From Octopus vulgaris (Eukaryota), in contig OX597827.1 in NCBI GenBank assembly GCA_951406725.2, forward strand, positions 31,620,001 through 31,684,000: a stretch of 64,000 nucleotides of DNA. Direction: 5' to 3'. Shown here one piece after another: positions 12,678 through 24,115 of the stretch; position 1 is the first letter of the stretch, and each line of letters opens with the position of its first letter. The position numbers and the translations under genes are program-made. The notes under the pieces were generated by a model, which made no database searches, had not been told where the DNA came from, and saw only the letters and a list, made by a program, of their open reading frames with translations.

Positions 12678-13057
12678 GCATGAATACGCACGTACAACCC
12701 AATAGTTTTCTCTTTCCACTTCGATACGTCAACTGACAGTCGAGTATTTTGTTGACAAAATTCGCGACAAAACGAAATATCGCCACCGAAAAGTGAACGA
12801 AAGTCTTTTTCTTTTATTATTTTGGAACAGAATTCTTCCAGATGAATTCCAATAAATATGACAAATAAATTGTCCGATGTTCCAAATTGTCGCCGTAATT
12901 TTCTTTTCACCCGCATCCACATATTCTCCACGTTTTCGAGTGGATCTCCTCATTTCTGGGATCCACAAAGTTCTCCTGCTGCTCAATCACTTCGTGAGTG
13001 TCGATGCCGTCATTTCGGCTTCATTTTTATTTAAACACCCTAAACTGAAAGATTACC
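12281..13057 (-). mobile_element. Merlin (IS1016/IS1595-like) internally deleted DNA transposon
   Basis: TIRs of about 28 bp, GGTAATCTGTCAGTTTAGGGTGTTTAAA / TTTAAACACCCTAAACTGAAAGATTACC, and a degenerate 9-bp TSD GGTGAGTCG / GGTCACTCG. The minus strand at about 12830-12990 reads ENFVDP..EIHSK / ENMWMRVKRKLRRQFGTS (frameshifted), resembling the Merlin transposase C-terminal motif. Confidence 0.75.
12361..12787. repeat. Nested diverged fold-back (probable MITE) inside the Merlin element
   Basis: GGTGGCGAT / ATCGCCACC termini, with long imperfect inverted arms that include (TG)n versus (CA)n. Confidence 0.65.
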
Positions 13058-14901
13058 GGTCACTCGAACTGTTAGAAAAAGTTGTGAAACTGCTCTTAAA
13101 TCATAATCTACTGTCTTCATAAATGAGAATAATTTTTTAATCACTCTGTGTGCAGGAAGATATATAAGATATTTACAGTTAAAATGCCTTTGATTAAAGG
13201 TCTGTTGAAGCTGAAGTTAAGCAACTCTAAGCACCACGCTAACAAACAACAGCAGCAACAACAGTCCCGGGCATTGTATATTAGTTTCAAATTTTACAGC
13301 AATTTTTGGGGAGCGGGTAAGTTAATTACATCGGCCCCAGTCTTCAACTGTTACCCGAAAGGATGAAAGACAAAGTCGAACTCAGCGGAATTTGAACTCA
13401 GAACGAAAAGACGGACGAAATGCCGTTAAACATTTTGCCAGTCCAGTTTCGCCACCTTTCCGGTCGACAATATATGAAGGGACAAATTTAGAGTGGGAGC
13501 GACTCGTTTTTGATATTGTGGTGAGACTAGAAACCACGACCCGCCCCCACAAGTTCATAGTAAAACTTAAAAAAAAAAAAGAAATCGTAAGTCGGCCCAA
13601 ATTTTCAGGGGAACCGACTTGTATCTAGTATCATGTCGGGATTTGAAATCCCACCCTATCCAACCACAGTAAATCTAAATGATTTCTCATATAAGCACAA
13701 ATTTGCTGCGGAAAAAATCCTACCCGGCCACTATAAATAGAGCAATCTTAGAAAATTGTTTCCTATTAACATCCGTCTTACGAGATGGATGTAATTTCCG
13801 ATCGGCGGACTTTAGGAAACTCTATCACTACCTCATGGAAAAGAAAAAAGGACAAAGAATCGGATGATTGTTTCCTTCTGTGAAGAAATTTTGTGTCCAA
13901 AATATTTAACTTTTTACAATTTTGATCTTAAATTCAGTGCCCTTACCGTCAACTGTTACTAATGTACGCGTCCCACGAGATGGGTGTAACAGTAACATTA
14001 ATAGTAATAGGCGGGATTTGAGAATTTGGAAAGATGAAACTGAATAAATTTTCTAAAGACATTAGATCTGACGCAGCAGCCCAAATCTTTTTCTTTCATT
14101 CATTTTTTTTTTTCCTACATTCCCCAACTCAATCGTCTTCTTAACAGTGAGTAAACGAGGCGCATGAATAATGGGTTCGACTTGCTTAAATAGAGATTTA
14201 ATCAAGATGTTTTATCCATTAATCGTATAACTGTAGAGAATATAATTTACAAAAGCATATGACCGATTAGCAAAAGTGAATTAAAAAAAAAATAAATAAG
14301 GCATTTGAATAAAGAGAAAAATAAAAGGTATACCCGACCCCACAAATATGCACTTCCGCAAGGAATTAGGATATCCCAATCAAAAACGAAAATGTGACAT
14401 AACCGCAGTTGGTGTTGAGGCTGAGCAGCTGGATGTCAAACATAGCGAACATTTGATTCTTGGTTGGGACAGGGAGCCAACGACGACAAATATTCGAAGT
14501 CGGCGACACAAATTCCGCCGAACGTCTTCGACTGTCACGGACTGAAACATGTAAGAATTCTACAATCAAATTTCCATACTCTGACTATCTTGAAAAATAA
14601 GTGGATGCTTATCGGATAGTCTCAGATATATTGTGTGAAAAAAAAAAAGACGAGATGATCACGGAAGGAATGTTTTTTTATCATAGGACAACTCGGTCAG
14701 AACTGATATGGCCTTAAAACAACGGGTACATAAGCACAGAAAACTGTGCCGCTACGGTTGCGAGAGGATGATTGATGTTCCCAACAAAACTGGGTTTCAG
14801 CGCCCCTAAAACATTTTTTTCTTTAATTTTCACAAGGTTAAATTGCAAATACAATAATAAAAGTTTTCAAGTTTTTCATTAATATAACTGAGTGAAAGGG
14901 G

Positions 14902-14971
<70 letters not shown>

Positions 14972-15154
14972 CTCCATATATTTTGTTAAAAGCACAAAAT
15001 TGAAAACATGGATGATAAGAGAACTGTTGATCTCTTGTAGACACATAATGAATATTCTCTTCATACATCAAATAATTGTTTCCAATTTTGACACAAGACC
15101 AGCAATATTTGTGGAAGAGACGTTGATTTCATTGGCCCTACTACTTGTTAATAA

Positions 15155-15380
15155 GACAGGATAGTCATCGCAGGATTTTTTTTTTTCATCGGGGTTTTCT
15201 TCTTGATCACAGCTGACCCGGACCAGGAAGCGAAGCAACAATTATATGTAACGTCCCAGATACATCATATCCCGTTAATGAGACAAGACGGTCATGGGAG
15301 GATTTTTGTTTTTCTTTTGTTTAATCAGGGTTTTCTTTAAGATCAGGGCCAACCTGGACCGGAAAGCGAAGCAACAACAA
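15155..15380 (+). repeat. Tandem pair (about 125 bp) of a dispersed-repeat tail
   Basis: ACA.GA..GTCAT...AGGATTTTT...GACC.G.AAGCGAAGCAACAA occurs twice. Related tails lie at about 6170, 14640, 15550, 15720, 18060 and 63600. Confidence 0.6.
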
Positions 15381-16070
15381 CTGCATGTAATATTAGGCCC
15401 TCCTCGAACTAACAAGGAAATATCTGTGTGGTGGCTTGTCCTGAACGAAATAGCAGCCAAATATTTCTTACATCAAACCCTCACTGGGAACAGCGCATTG
15501 GTTAATGTAATCCTAGATTTACTATGCCAGATAAATAAAAGAAAAAAGAAAACAGGATGAGCGTTACGGCTGGGATGTAATATGCTCATAGGTCTATTTA
15601 AGTAAGCTTGATTTGGGGCCGATTATCATATAAGAAACAGCAGCTAAATCTCTCTCTCTCAAAAAAAGAAGGAGCTATACCATTATGAGTGCTATGTATA
15701 CTGTCAGAGAAGGAAAAATAAAACGGGATGGGCGTCACGGCTGGAATGCATAAATCATAGTTCTTCTTAATTAAGATAAAGACTGGGGGCCTAACAACAA
15801 CAGCATTAATATACTTCTTACATGCTTCATCTAATAGGCTAATCTCTCTCTCTCCTCCTTTTTAATGGACATCTAAGTAGGGAGTGTCGATGTTTTAAAC
15901 AAATCAGCACTGAATTTTTTCTTAATAAAATAAAAATACTGTGAAGATAGATTTGTTTAAGATTTACCTTCTTTCACTCAATTTTCCGATACTTAAGTAA
16001 TTTCCTAATATAAACAACCGTCGAGTTTCTGGCTTATTTCTCTCAGGCTTTTACTTACTTAATCCGCTCC

Positions 16071-16118
16071 GTCACCAGGGCAACGGTGCTCAAGCTGCAC
16101 GTGGGTTGCTATGGAAAC
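16071..16118. promoter_or_regulatory. Paired RFX X-boxes with intervening E-box (candidate promoter)
   Basis: GTCACCAGGGCAAC (16071-16084), CACGTG (16098-16103) and GTTGCTATGGAAAC (16105-16118) in non-repetitive, CpG-rich sequence. Confidence 0.55.
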
Positions 16119-16321
16119 AGATAACGACCCGCGAAACCTGTGTACGTTCGCTAGGTTTGTTAGAAATAGCAGTCAAATTTTCATTAAATAATAATAATGG
16201 GCTTATTGTATGCAGTACTCAGGCGATCAACTTCAACAATTATGTACACTATCGACTTAAACAACGAAAGACACAATATAGGTATATGTTTGTGTGTGTT
16301 ATATAATATAAAGTTTTAAGA

Positions 16322-16368
<47 letters not shown>

Positions 16369-16565
16369 GTGTGTGTGTGCGTGCGTGTGGACGGAACTGG
16401 TTACATTGGCTGGAATGTCTCCTCATGTTCTATCAGGACCAACAACAAGTTAAACAACAGGCATGGGAGTGGCTGTGTGGTAAGTAACTTGCTTACGAAC
16501 CACATGGTTCCGGATTCAGTCGCACTGCGTGGCAGCTTGGACAAGTATCTTCTACTATAGCCTGG

Positions 16566-17358
16566 GGATCTTTTCCTTTTGAACGGCACTTTGTAACATA
16601 ATTTCTAGTTAACTAAACACTTTTAAACTTCGTATACTGGTAGAATGTGTTTATAAAACATCATTTTCTCTTGGCTTTATTGAGAAAATTCTATAGGTTG
16701 TAAGATCGTCTGAAATTTCGGCAATTTTAACCAATCGCTTACGTCCATTTAGGTAAATAACATTCTGTGCATAATGAATATGTCCCTCGTTTAAGAAACA
16801 GATTGGGTTTATTTACATTTGTGAAGAAAAAAGATACCCTTCCCCAACCCCTAACCCTAAATCTAAAATAGATTGAAATGCAATAGATCGATACTAGGGC
16901 CATAATTATGGGTGACATTTTCATTTGACACCGCTAGAAAAAAATCCCATTTTCCGTAGCGGTGTCGTATGAAATTGTAACCCATAATTATGGCCCTAGT
17001 ATCGATCTATTGCATTTCAATCTATTTTAGATTTAGGGTGAGGGTTAGGGTTAGGGTTAAGGGTGGGGGAAAGGTATCTTTTTTCTTCACAAATGTAAAT
17101 AAACCCAATCTGTTTCTTAAACGAGGGACACATTCACACAGCACGGAATGTTGTTTACCTAAAAGGACTCCAGCAATTGGTTAAAATTGCCGAAATGCTC
17201 GAAATTTCAGACTAAATATCTTACAACCTATAGAATTTTCTCAATAAAGCCAAGAAAAAATGATGTTTTATAAACACATTCTACCAGTATACGAAGTTTA
17301 AAAGTGTTTAGTTAACTAGAAATTGTGTTGAAAAGTGCCGTTCAAAAGGAAAAGATCC
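16566..17358. mobile_element. Fold-back MITE inserted in a SINE, 8-bp TSD
   Basis: Arms start GGATCTTTTCCTTTTGAACGGCAC and end GTGCCGTTCAAAAGGAAAAGATCC. The TSD TAGCCTGG is perfect at 16558-16565 and 17359-17366, and the SINE-A sequence resumes after it. Confidence 0.9.
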
Positions 17359-19125
17359 TAGCCTGGGGTCGACCAAAGCCTTGTGAGTGGATTTGGTAGA
17401 CGGAAACTGAAAGAAGCCCGTCGTATATATGTATATATATGTATGTGTGTGTTTGTCCCCCCAACATTGCTCGACAACCAATGCTGGTGTGTTTATGTCC
17501 CAGTAACTTAGCGGTTCGTCAAAAGAGACTGAAAGAATAAGTACTAGGCTTACAAAGAATAAGTCCAGGGATCGATTTGCTCGACTAAAAGGTGGTGCTC
17601 CAGCATGGCCACAGTCACATGACTGAAACGAGTAAAAGAGTATAATAACTCTAGCATTAAATACTATGCGAATCAACGGAAGAAGAGTATTTACGTACTT
17701 GTTCAACATGCTAGAAATAGCAGCCCTCTTTCCAATACTCATTGCCATCTTCATTGCCATCTTCAACGAAAAGGGACATATATTAGACTAGTGTTCCTTA
17801 AATTGGTAAATACCATTCACAGATCGTGTATTGAGGATAATTTTAAACCATCCCATCTTTTCACCAATGAGAAGAACAAAGTAGATTTAGCATTCATAAT
17901 AGTTTACTTTTTTCGTGGTGTTGTCGATAAATTAAGAAAAGGATTTCATATTATCCTAAATTGATTAAACATACACTTGCCGCCTTTTCTAACCCACCAT
18001 GGTTCCACCACCATTATGAGAAACCTTGCATTTGATGATGTCTTAGGTATCCCTGTAACAGACAGGATGATCACAACTCAAAATACTTGATCGATTGTAG
18101 GCGTTTGATTGGTAAGGCTTAACATGAGCTGAACAACAATGAAGCATCTACGTGGTCGCTCGGTCTTTCTCAGATTGCAACCCTGTAGACTTAGAAACTA
18201 GACACATTGGGCAAAAGTAGGCTTGAATAAGCTGGGGAGCTAAAGAAAAACACATAGATAATAAATAATAAATAAAGATTTTCGTGTTTGAAAGATCTTC
18301 CTATAAGTTTTATACACTAAAAGTTCATCGTTGAATTGGTCCATTGGATGTCTATAAGCAACGATGAGAATGCTCACACTCTGCATTATCATCATCAGCA
18401 TCATTTGATGTCGTCCATCTTCCATGTTGGCATAAGTTGGTTTCTTTGACTAAATCCGACAGATTTAAGGATTACTTCATGCTCCAATGTCTACTTTGGC
18501 ATGGTTCCTAAGGCCGACTGAACATCCTTCCAAGTGCCATTCACTCGTGTGTACCCAAGCTACATGGTGCTTTTTTTTCATGGCACAAGCACTAGCAAGA
18601 TCCACCATGCAATTTGCAAGATTAGGATCCCTTTCAGTTTAGTGAGGCTACGGTGGAGAGGGAGGTGCTTTATAGTAAAAGATAAGGGTTAAAGTATGAA
18701 AGGAGGGGTCAGAGCAGAACAGGTTTTCTGCTGTAGACCTTATAGAAGAAAGGGTGGGGTGTAACCAAGGAGGAGCTGATTCAAGAGATAAAATAGTGGT
18801 GACACGCTGTTAGGGTTGTAAGGGTGGATGCCCAAGTGACAAGAGATTGAAGAGAAGTGGATGGGAACAGGAAAGGTGGGTGGGTAGAAGTTGCAAGAGT
18901 GTATGGGGAGAGTGAGAGATGGTTAGAGATGGAGCTGGGAAGGATAATGAATGAGGAATAAAGGTGGAGGGGTGGTCGATGATAAATAGGAGTTAACTGA
19001 TAATATGATAAATGGCAAGATGATAAATATGGAGGTAAGGTGGGGGAAGAGTAGGTGAAAACAGCACAAGTAAGGTCAGCCGGTCAGATATAGAGAATGG
19101 TGGACAACAGTGTAGGGGTGATCAG

Positions 19126-19160
<35 letters not shown>

Positions 19161-19882
19161 TTTGATGGTAGAGAGAGTAGGTGATGACTAAAGATTGGGT
19201 AGGGTCAGAGGTAGGAGTGGATGTAGAGGATGGTGGACAATAGTGGAGAGATGATCAATGATATATATGTATATGGGCTCAATGGAAGGTAGGGGAGAGG
19301 AGGTGATGGCTGTAGAGATTGGGTAGGTTTGTGAGGGGGAAATAGTGAATGGTGGGCAAGAGTGGGTGGGTGATCAATAATATGAGCTGGAGATAAAGTA
19401 GGGAAAGTAGGTGATGACTGGCAGTAAATAATGGGGTGAAGAGGAGCTGCATAATTGTAATAACATGCATGAATATCATGTTCTAATAAGATGTGTTCAC
19501 AATGAAATGAAATTCATTCCAAAAAGAGAGTGTTTGTGAGGTGTGCAAGCATTTCTAAAACATTTGCCAATTAAATTTAAGAGAAAATGTTTTTTAAAAA
19601 ATCTTTTATTTTATTTGCATAATAACTGTAATAATTAACTAAATTTATAAATAAAAGCGAGGCAAAAATAAATAAATTTTTGTTATTGTTATTTCAAAAG
19701 AATGGGAAAATTATGTTTGTTACAAAAAAAGGAAAACAAAGATAAAATAGAACAGGAAATAATAAACAAATGAATTGAAAAATAAATTAATAGATTGTGA
19801 AAGTAAAAACAATTTATAACATAAATATTACTATACATACATACATACATACATATATACATGCATACATATATATATATCA

Positions 19883-20610
19883 TACCTGTGCCGGTGACAC
19901 ATAAAAAGCACCATCCGAACGTGGCCGTTGCCAGTGCAGCCTCCACTGGCTTCTGTGCCAGTGGCACATAAAAAGCACCATCCGAACGTGACCGATGCCA
20001 ACCCCGCCTCGAATGGCTTCTGTGCCGGTGGCACATAAAAAGCACCATCCGAACGTGGCCGATGCCAGCACCGCCCCGACTGGCTTCTGTGCCGGTGGCA
20101 CACAAAAAGCACCATCCGATCGTGGGATCCCGGAACATCTCGCTGTGCTTGAAGAGACCTGTTGAGTCAAGAGCATGTACATGAACATCGAACCAAATAT
20201 CAATGGAAACAGTAGTTGTGATACCTGTGCCGGTGACACATAAAAAGCACCATCCGAATGTGACCGATGCCAACCCTGCCTCGAATGGCTTCTGTGCCGG
20301 TGGCACATAAAAAGCACCATCCGAACGTGGCCGATGCCAGCACCGCCTTGACTGGCTTCTGTGCCGGTGGCACATAAAAAAAGCACCAACCGATCGTGGC
20401 CGATGCCAGACCCCTCTGGCACCTGTGCAGGTGGCATGTAAAAAGCACCCACAACACTTGCAGAGTGGTTGGCGTTAGGAAGGGCATCCAGCTGTAGAAA
20501 CACTGCCAGATCAGACAGGAGCCTGGGGCAGCCCCTGGCTCCCCAGACCCCGGTCGAACCGTCCAACCCGTGCTAGCGCGGAAAACGGACGTTAAACGAT
20601 GATGATGATG
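19883..20610 (+). mobile_element. RTE-LINE 3' UTR-derived element with expanded tandem units and (GAT)n tail
   Basis: Eight GTGC.(G/A)GTG.CA..AAAAAGCACC units, mostly 65-70 bp apart, followed by the tail shared with the RTE copies at 44064 and 60875. Confidence 0.85.
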
Positions 20611-20688
20611 ATATATACAAGTATACAAGTATTCATATATGTGTGTGTGTGTATATATATATATTTGTTTATATATTATACACATGTT

Positions 20689-20720
<32 letters not shown>

Positions 20721-20746
20721 CATATATACATATATATACATATATA

Positions 20747-21020
20747 CAGTGGTGGACCGGCCAGGTTTCCAGCTTGCCCAATGGCAAGTGGGACCCTGCA
20801 CCATTAGAGTCCATATATGGGGGCCTATCCCCTCAAGTTTGAGAATTTTTTATTCACTCCTGGAAGAATGCATTAATTATTTCAGCCAGACTGTGTTTGT
20901 AGACAGTCGAAAAGAATACTTTTAACAAAAATAGATAAATAAATAAATGATAGCATTATAGTTGCGGGTGGGCCCCCTTAGTCTCCTGGCAACCAATATT
21001 TTTAGACCCAGTCCCCACTG
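20747..21020. mobile_element. hAT-like MITE
   Basis: TIRs CAGTGGTGGACCGG / CCAGTCCCCACTG. Confidence 0.65.
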
Positions 21021-21024
21021 CATA

Positions 21025-22601
21025 TCTCTATATATATAAAACTGAGAATGTGTGTCTGTCTGTCTGTGCATTTCCCTAAAACTTGAGAACTACACAACCA
21101 ATTTCATTCAAATTTTACACATGCCTTACTTAGGGTCCATGTAGTTTCATGGGCAAAAACAAAATGTTCAACTTCTTGCCTAGGGCGAGCCCATAGCAAT
21201 ATCATATCTTCTCCACTATTTCAGTATTACATGTTAAAAGTGAAACAAAAACGTTTCTCTATTTTATGTCAGATATTTTCACTTTAACAATAAAAATAAT
21301 AATAACAATTGAATTATATGTAATATGTAATAATTAAAATCAAACTAAAGTATAATATAATAATTAAATCGTAACATAACAATTAAAAGTAAAAGTAGCA
21401 ATTGGTATAAAATTGCATCAATGACTTGAACTTGATTAAGTGGTTTCACATGAATGGGAATAAATTAAAAATAAAATTAGTGTGCAGAAATGGAATAGTC
21501 CAGATGGAGCTGTGCACATACCGTTTACCATGGCTTTTACATTAGATTATCGGCTAATTAACTAGCATTAAGTATCTATATGATTTTTGGCTGTATGTAA
21601 TGTCTGTTTTCTTGAGCAGCCGCTTCTACTGAGTACTGCTGTTGGTTTATTTCTTATACATAAATGACTATAGCTTCAACTGTGTACTACTTTTTGATTC
21701 ACCGTAAGGTTTGCTGTTATTATTATTACTGTTTAACTATTGTTATCACATTTGTTGGTTCTTCATAAGGGAAACGTTGTTGTGTTGCATTTGTTAAATA
21801 ATTGTAAACTGTAACCCTCCCCCTTTGGGAGAAGGAGCTTCGGTTATTGTTTAAAAATTGAATTGTGTCTCTGTTTGGGGAAATTGACAATATTTTCACC
21901 ATTTATACAGAAGCATTTTTGTTAGAATGCCTTCTATAGAAGAAAGTCCAAAAATGAATTTCGCTGCAGCCGTCGCGAAGTCATTAAAATTAAAATGGAA
22001 GAAATACAAACCTATTTCAGATTGATCACCGACAAAGACGGTGAATCTAGGATAACACCACCAAATGAAATAAAAAATTAAATTAAAGAAAAGACTATTG
22101 TCAATAAAGTATGCAATGTAGAGAAAAAAAAGATTTGAACACCTGGAGGAAAGCACCATCAAAAAGTGTCTTGGTGCGACTATGAAAGAGGCGGTAAATT
22201 CGCCACAATAGAAGCAAGGTTTGAGTCAATGGAGCGTGCAAGGGAGTACTCGACTCGATCCTTGCAAAGTGGAAATATTTTATCTTTACCTTCATATCTG
22301 GGACGTCCTACGTCCCAGATAAAAATTTAAAATGTCCCCCCAGAAGTAGAGGTAGGCTGGATTGTAGCCACACTTCTATACAAGAGGGAGGACAAGATAC
22401 AATTGATCGAAATTGCAAGAGACGGGCCTACAATTCCAGTCTGTTATATATTTTGAGTATTGTTATCACTAGCAATATCAAGATATAACTTTCTATTTTG
22501 TATTTTATGTGTAGATGTATATATATAAATGTACATGTAATATGTAAACATATATACATGCACTAGCACTATGACCCGGCAACGACGGGTCATAATGCTA
22601 G
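21025..22601 (+). mobile_element. Non-autonomous Helitron
   Basis: 5' end A|TCTCTATATATATAAAA. 3' hairpin TATGACCCG-GCAACGA-CGGGTCATA (22570-22594) followed by CTAG|T (22598-22602). Confidence 0.85.
21925..22440 (+). pseudogene. Decayed non-LTR ORF1 (gag-like) fragment within the Helitron
   Basis: MNFAAAVAKS N-terminal-type motif, then GGKFATIEARFES..LPSYLGRPTSQIKI*NVPPEVEVGWIVATL, with stops and frameshifts. Confidence 0.5.
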
Positions 22602-23793
22602 TAAGTATATAAATATATAAATGTCTTGCTTTGTAAAACTGCATTAGGTACGATTAGTGAAATTTTGGTAGTAATGACTTATGTCCCTCTTAGTGTGAGG
22701 CATTTATGTGTAATAATGCCCTCTATACAATATAAATTAATATTTTCAAAAGAAAGAAATTATTTTCGAATTTTTTTCTCTTATGAGGTTTTTCACGCTA
22801 ACTACCTGATAATTTCTTGTTAAGATTCCTTATTAAGAAGTTATCCTTAATTGTTAAATATATATATATATATATATATATAATTATTAATTAGAGACAA
22901 AACCACTATTATGCAAATCAAACAAAGAAAGACTTAATCCAATACATAAAAAATTTTATATAAATTAAATAAAATTAAATTCGCCACTACAATTATTTCG
23001 TGTCTCTTCTTTCAGTTCCCGTCTACCAAATCCACTCACAAGACACTACTTGCCCAAGGTGCCATGCAATGGGACCGAACCCGGAACCATGTGGTTGGTA
23101 AGCAAGCTACTTACAACACAGACACTCCTGTGCCTATGTCAAAATAGATATATAACCAAGGAGAAAGCAGTTATGAATAAACCAGGACAATTTCTTTTTA
23201 CGGATAGCTACAATAATTCAAATGATTAAAGTTATTATCATTATTATTGTTGTTGTCGTCGTTGTTGCTATTGTTTCTGTTATCATTATTAATTAATTAT
23301 GTAATCATTAATATTTCTAGTGGGGGGAATACCTTTAAAAAAATAGAGACTGTTTGTCTGTAAATGTGATTTTTTTTTCTCTTTATTTCTGATTGTGAAG
23401 CCATTGAGAGAGGGGGAGAGGAGAGGAAGATTGATAGACTGAACCAAAGAAGATACTGATTCCTAATGACGACCAAAGAAAAATTAGTCAAATGTTTGTT
23501 ACTGTGTATGTATGTATGTATGTATGTATGTATGTATGTATGTATGTATGTATGTATGTATGTATATATGTATGTATGTATGTATGTGTGGTAGAAGTGG
23601 TCTGTGTGTGTGTGTGCATTGTTAATGAATATGTAAATGCTTGTATGTGTACCTGTGTGTTGAAGTGTTAATGTGTGCATGTGTTTGAAGATGTGTGTAA
23701 ATGTATTTCCATTGGTGGATGCATAAATATTTTAAAATGTTTTCGTTTGTAAGAATGATTTCTACATTTGTGTACCTGTGCATATGACATATA

Positions 23794-23847
<54 letters not shown>

Positions 23848-24115
23848 TATATATATATTAAGAGTCAGGGTATTATATGTACTTGTTTGCTAAAAAGAAG
23901 AGTTAAAACTCTCCAAAGCCATGCATCTCTCACTAACATGCACAGAGAATGTAGCAAATATACTGAAAATAAAAATATTCGTCCCCATTTATAAAACTGC
24001 AAAGAGGAGAGAGGATATCCCAGTATCAACTGATTTCACTTTCTGTGCCAAACTGACACTTAAAGCTCATCAGCTCGGCTTACTACGTAAACTATTTTTA
24101 ACACATATATATATA

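Noticed and set aside
14348-14555. 65-aa ORF or exon ending at a GTAAG donor
   Set aside because: No recognisable product. It may be UTR but is unsupported without transcripts.
17032-17069. Telomere or chromosome-fusion scar
   Set aside because: Only a few TTAGGG units, lying inside a MITE arm with a TSD.
19883-20450. CRISPR-like repeat-spacer array
   Set aside because: The inter-repeat segments are homologous to each other, the array is part of an RTE 3' UTR, the context is eukaryotic and there are no cas genes.
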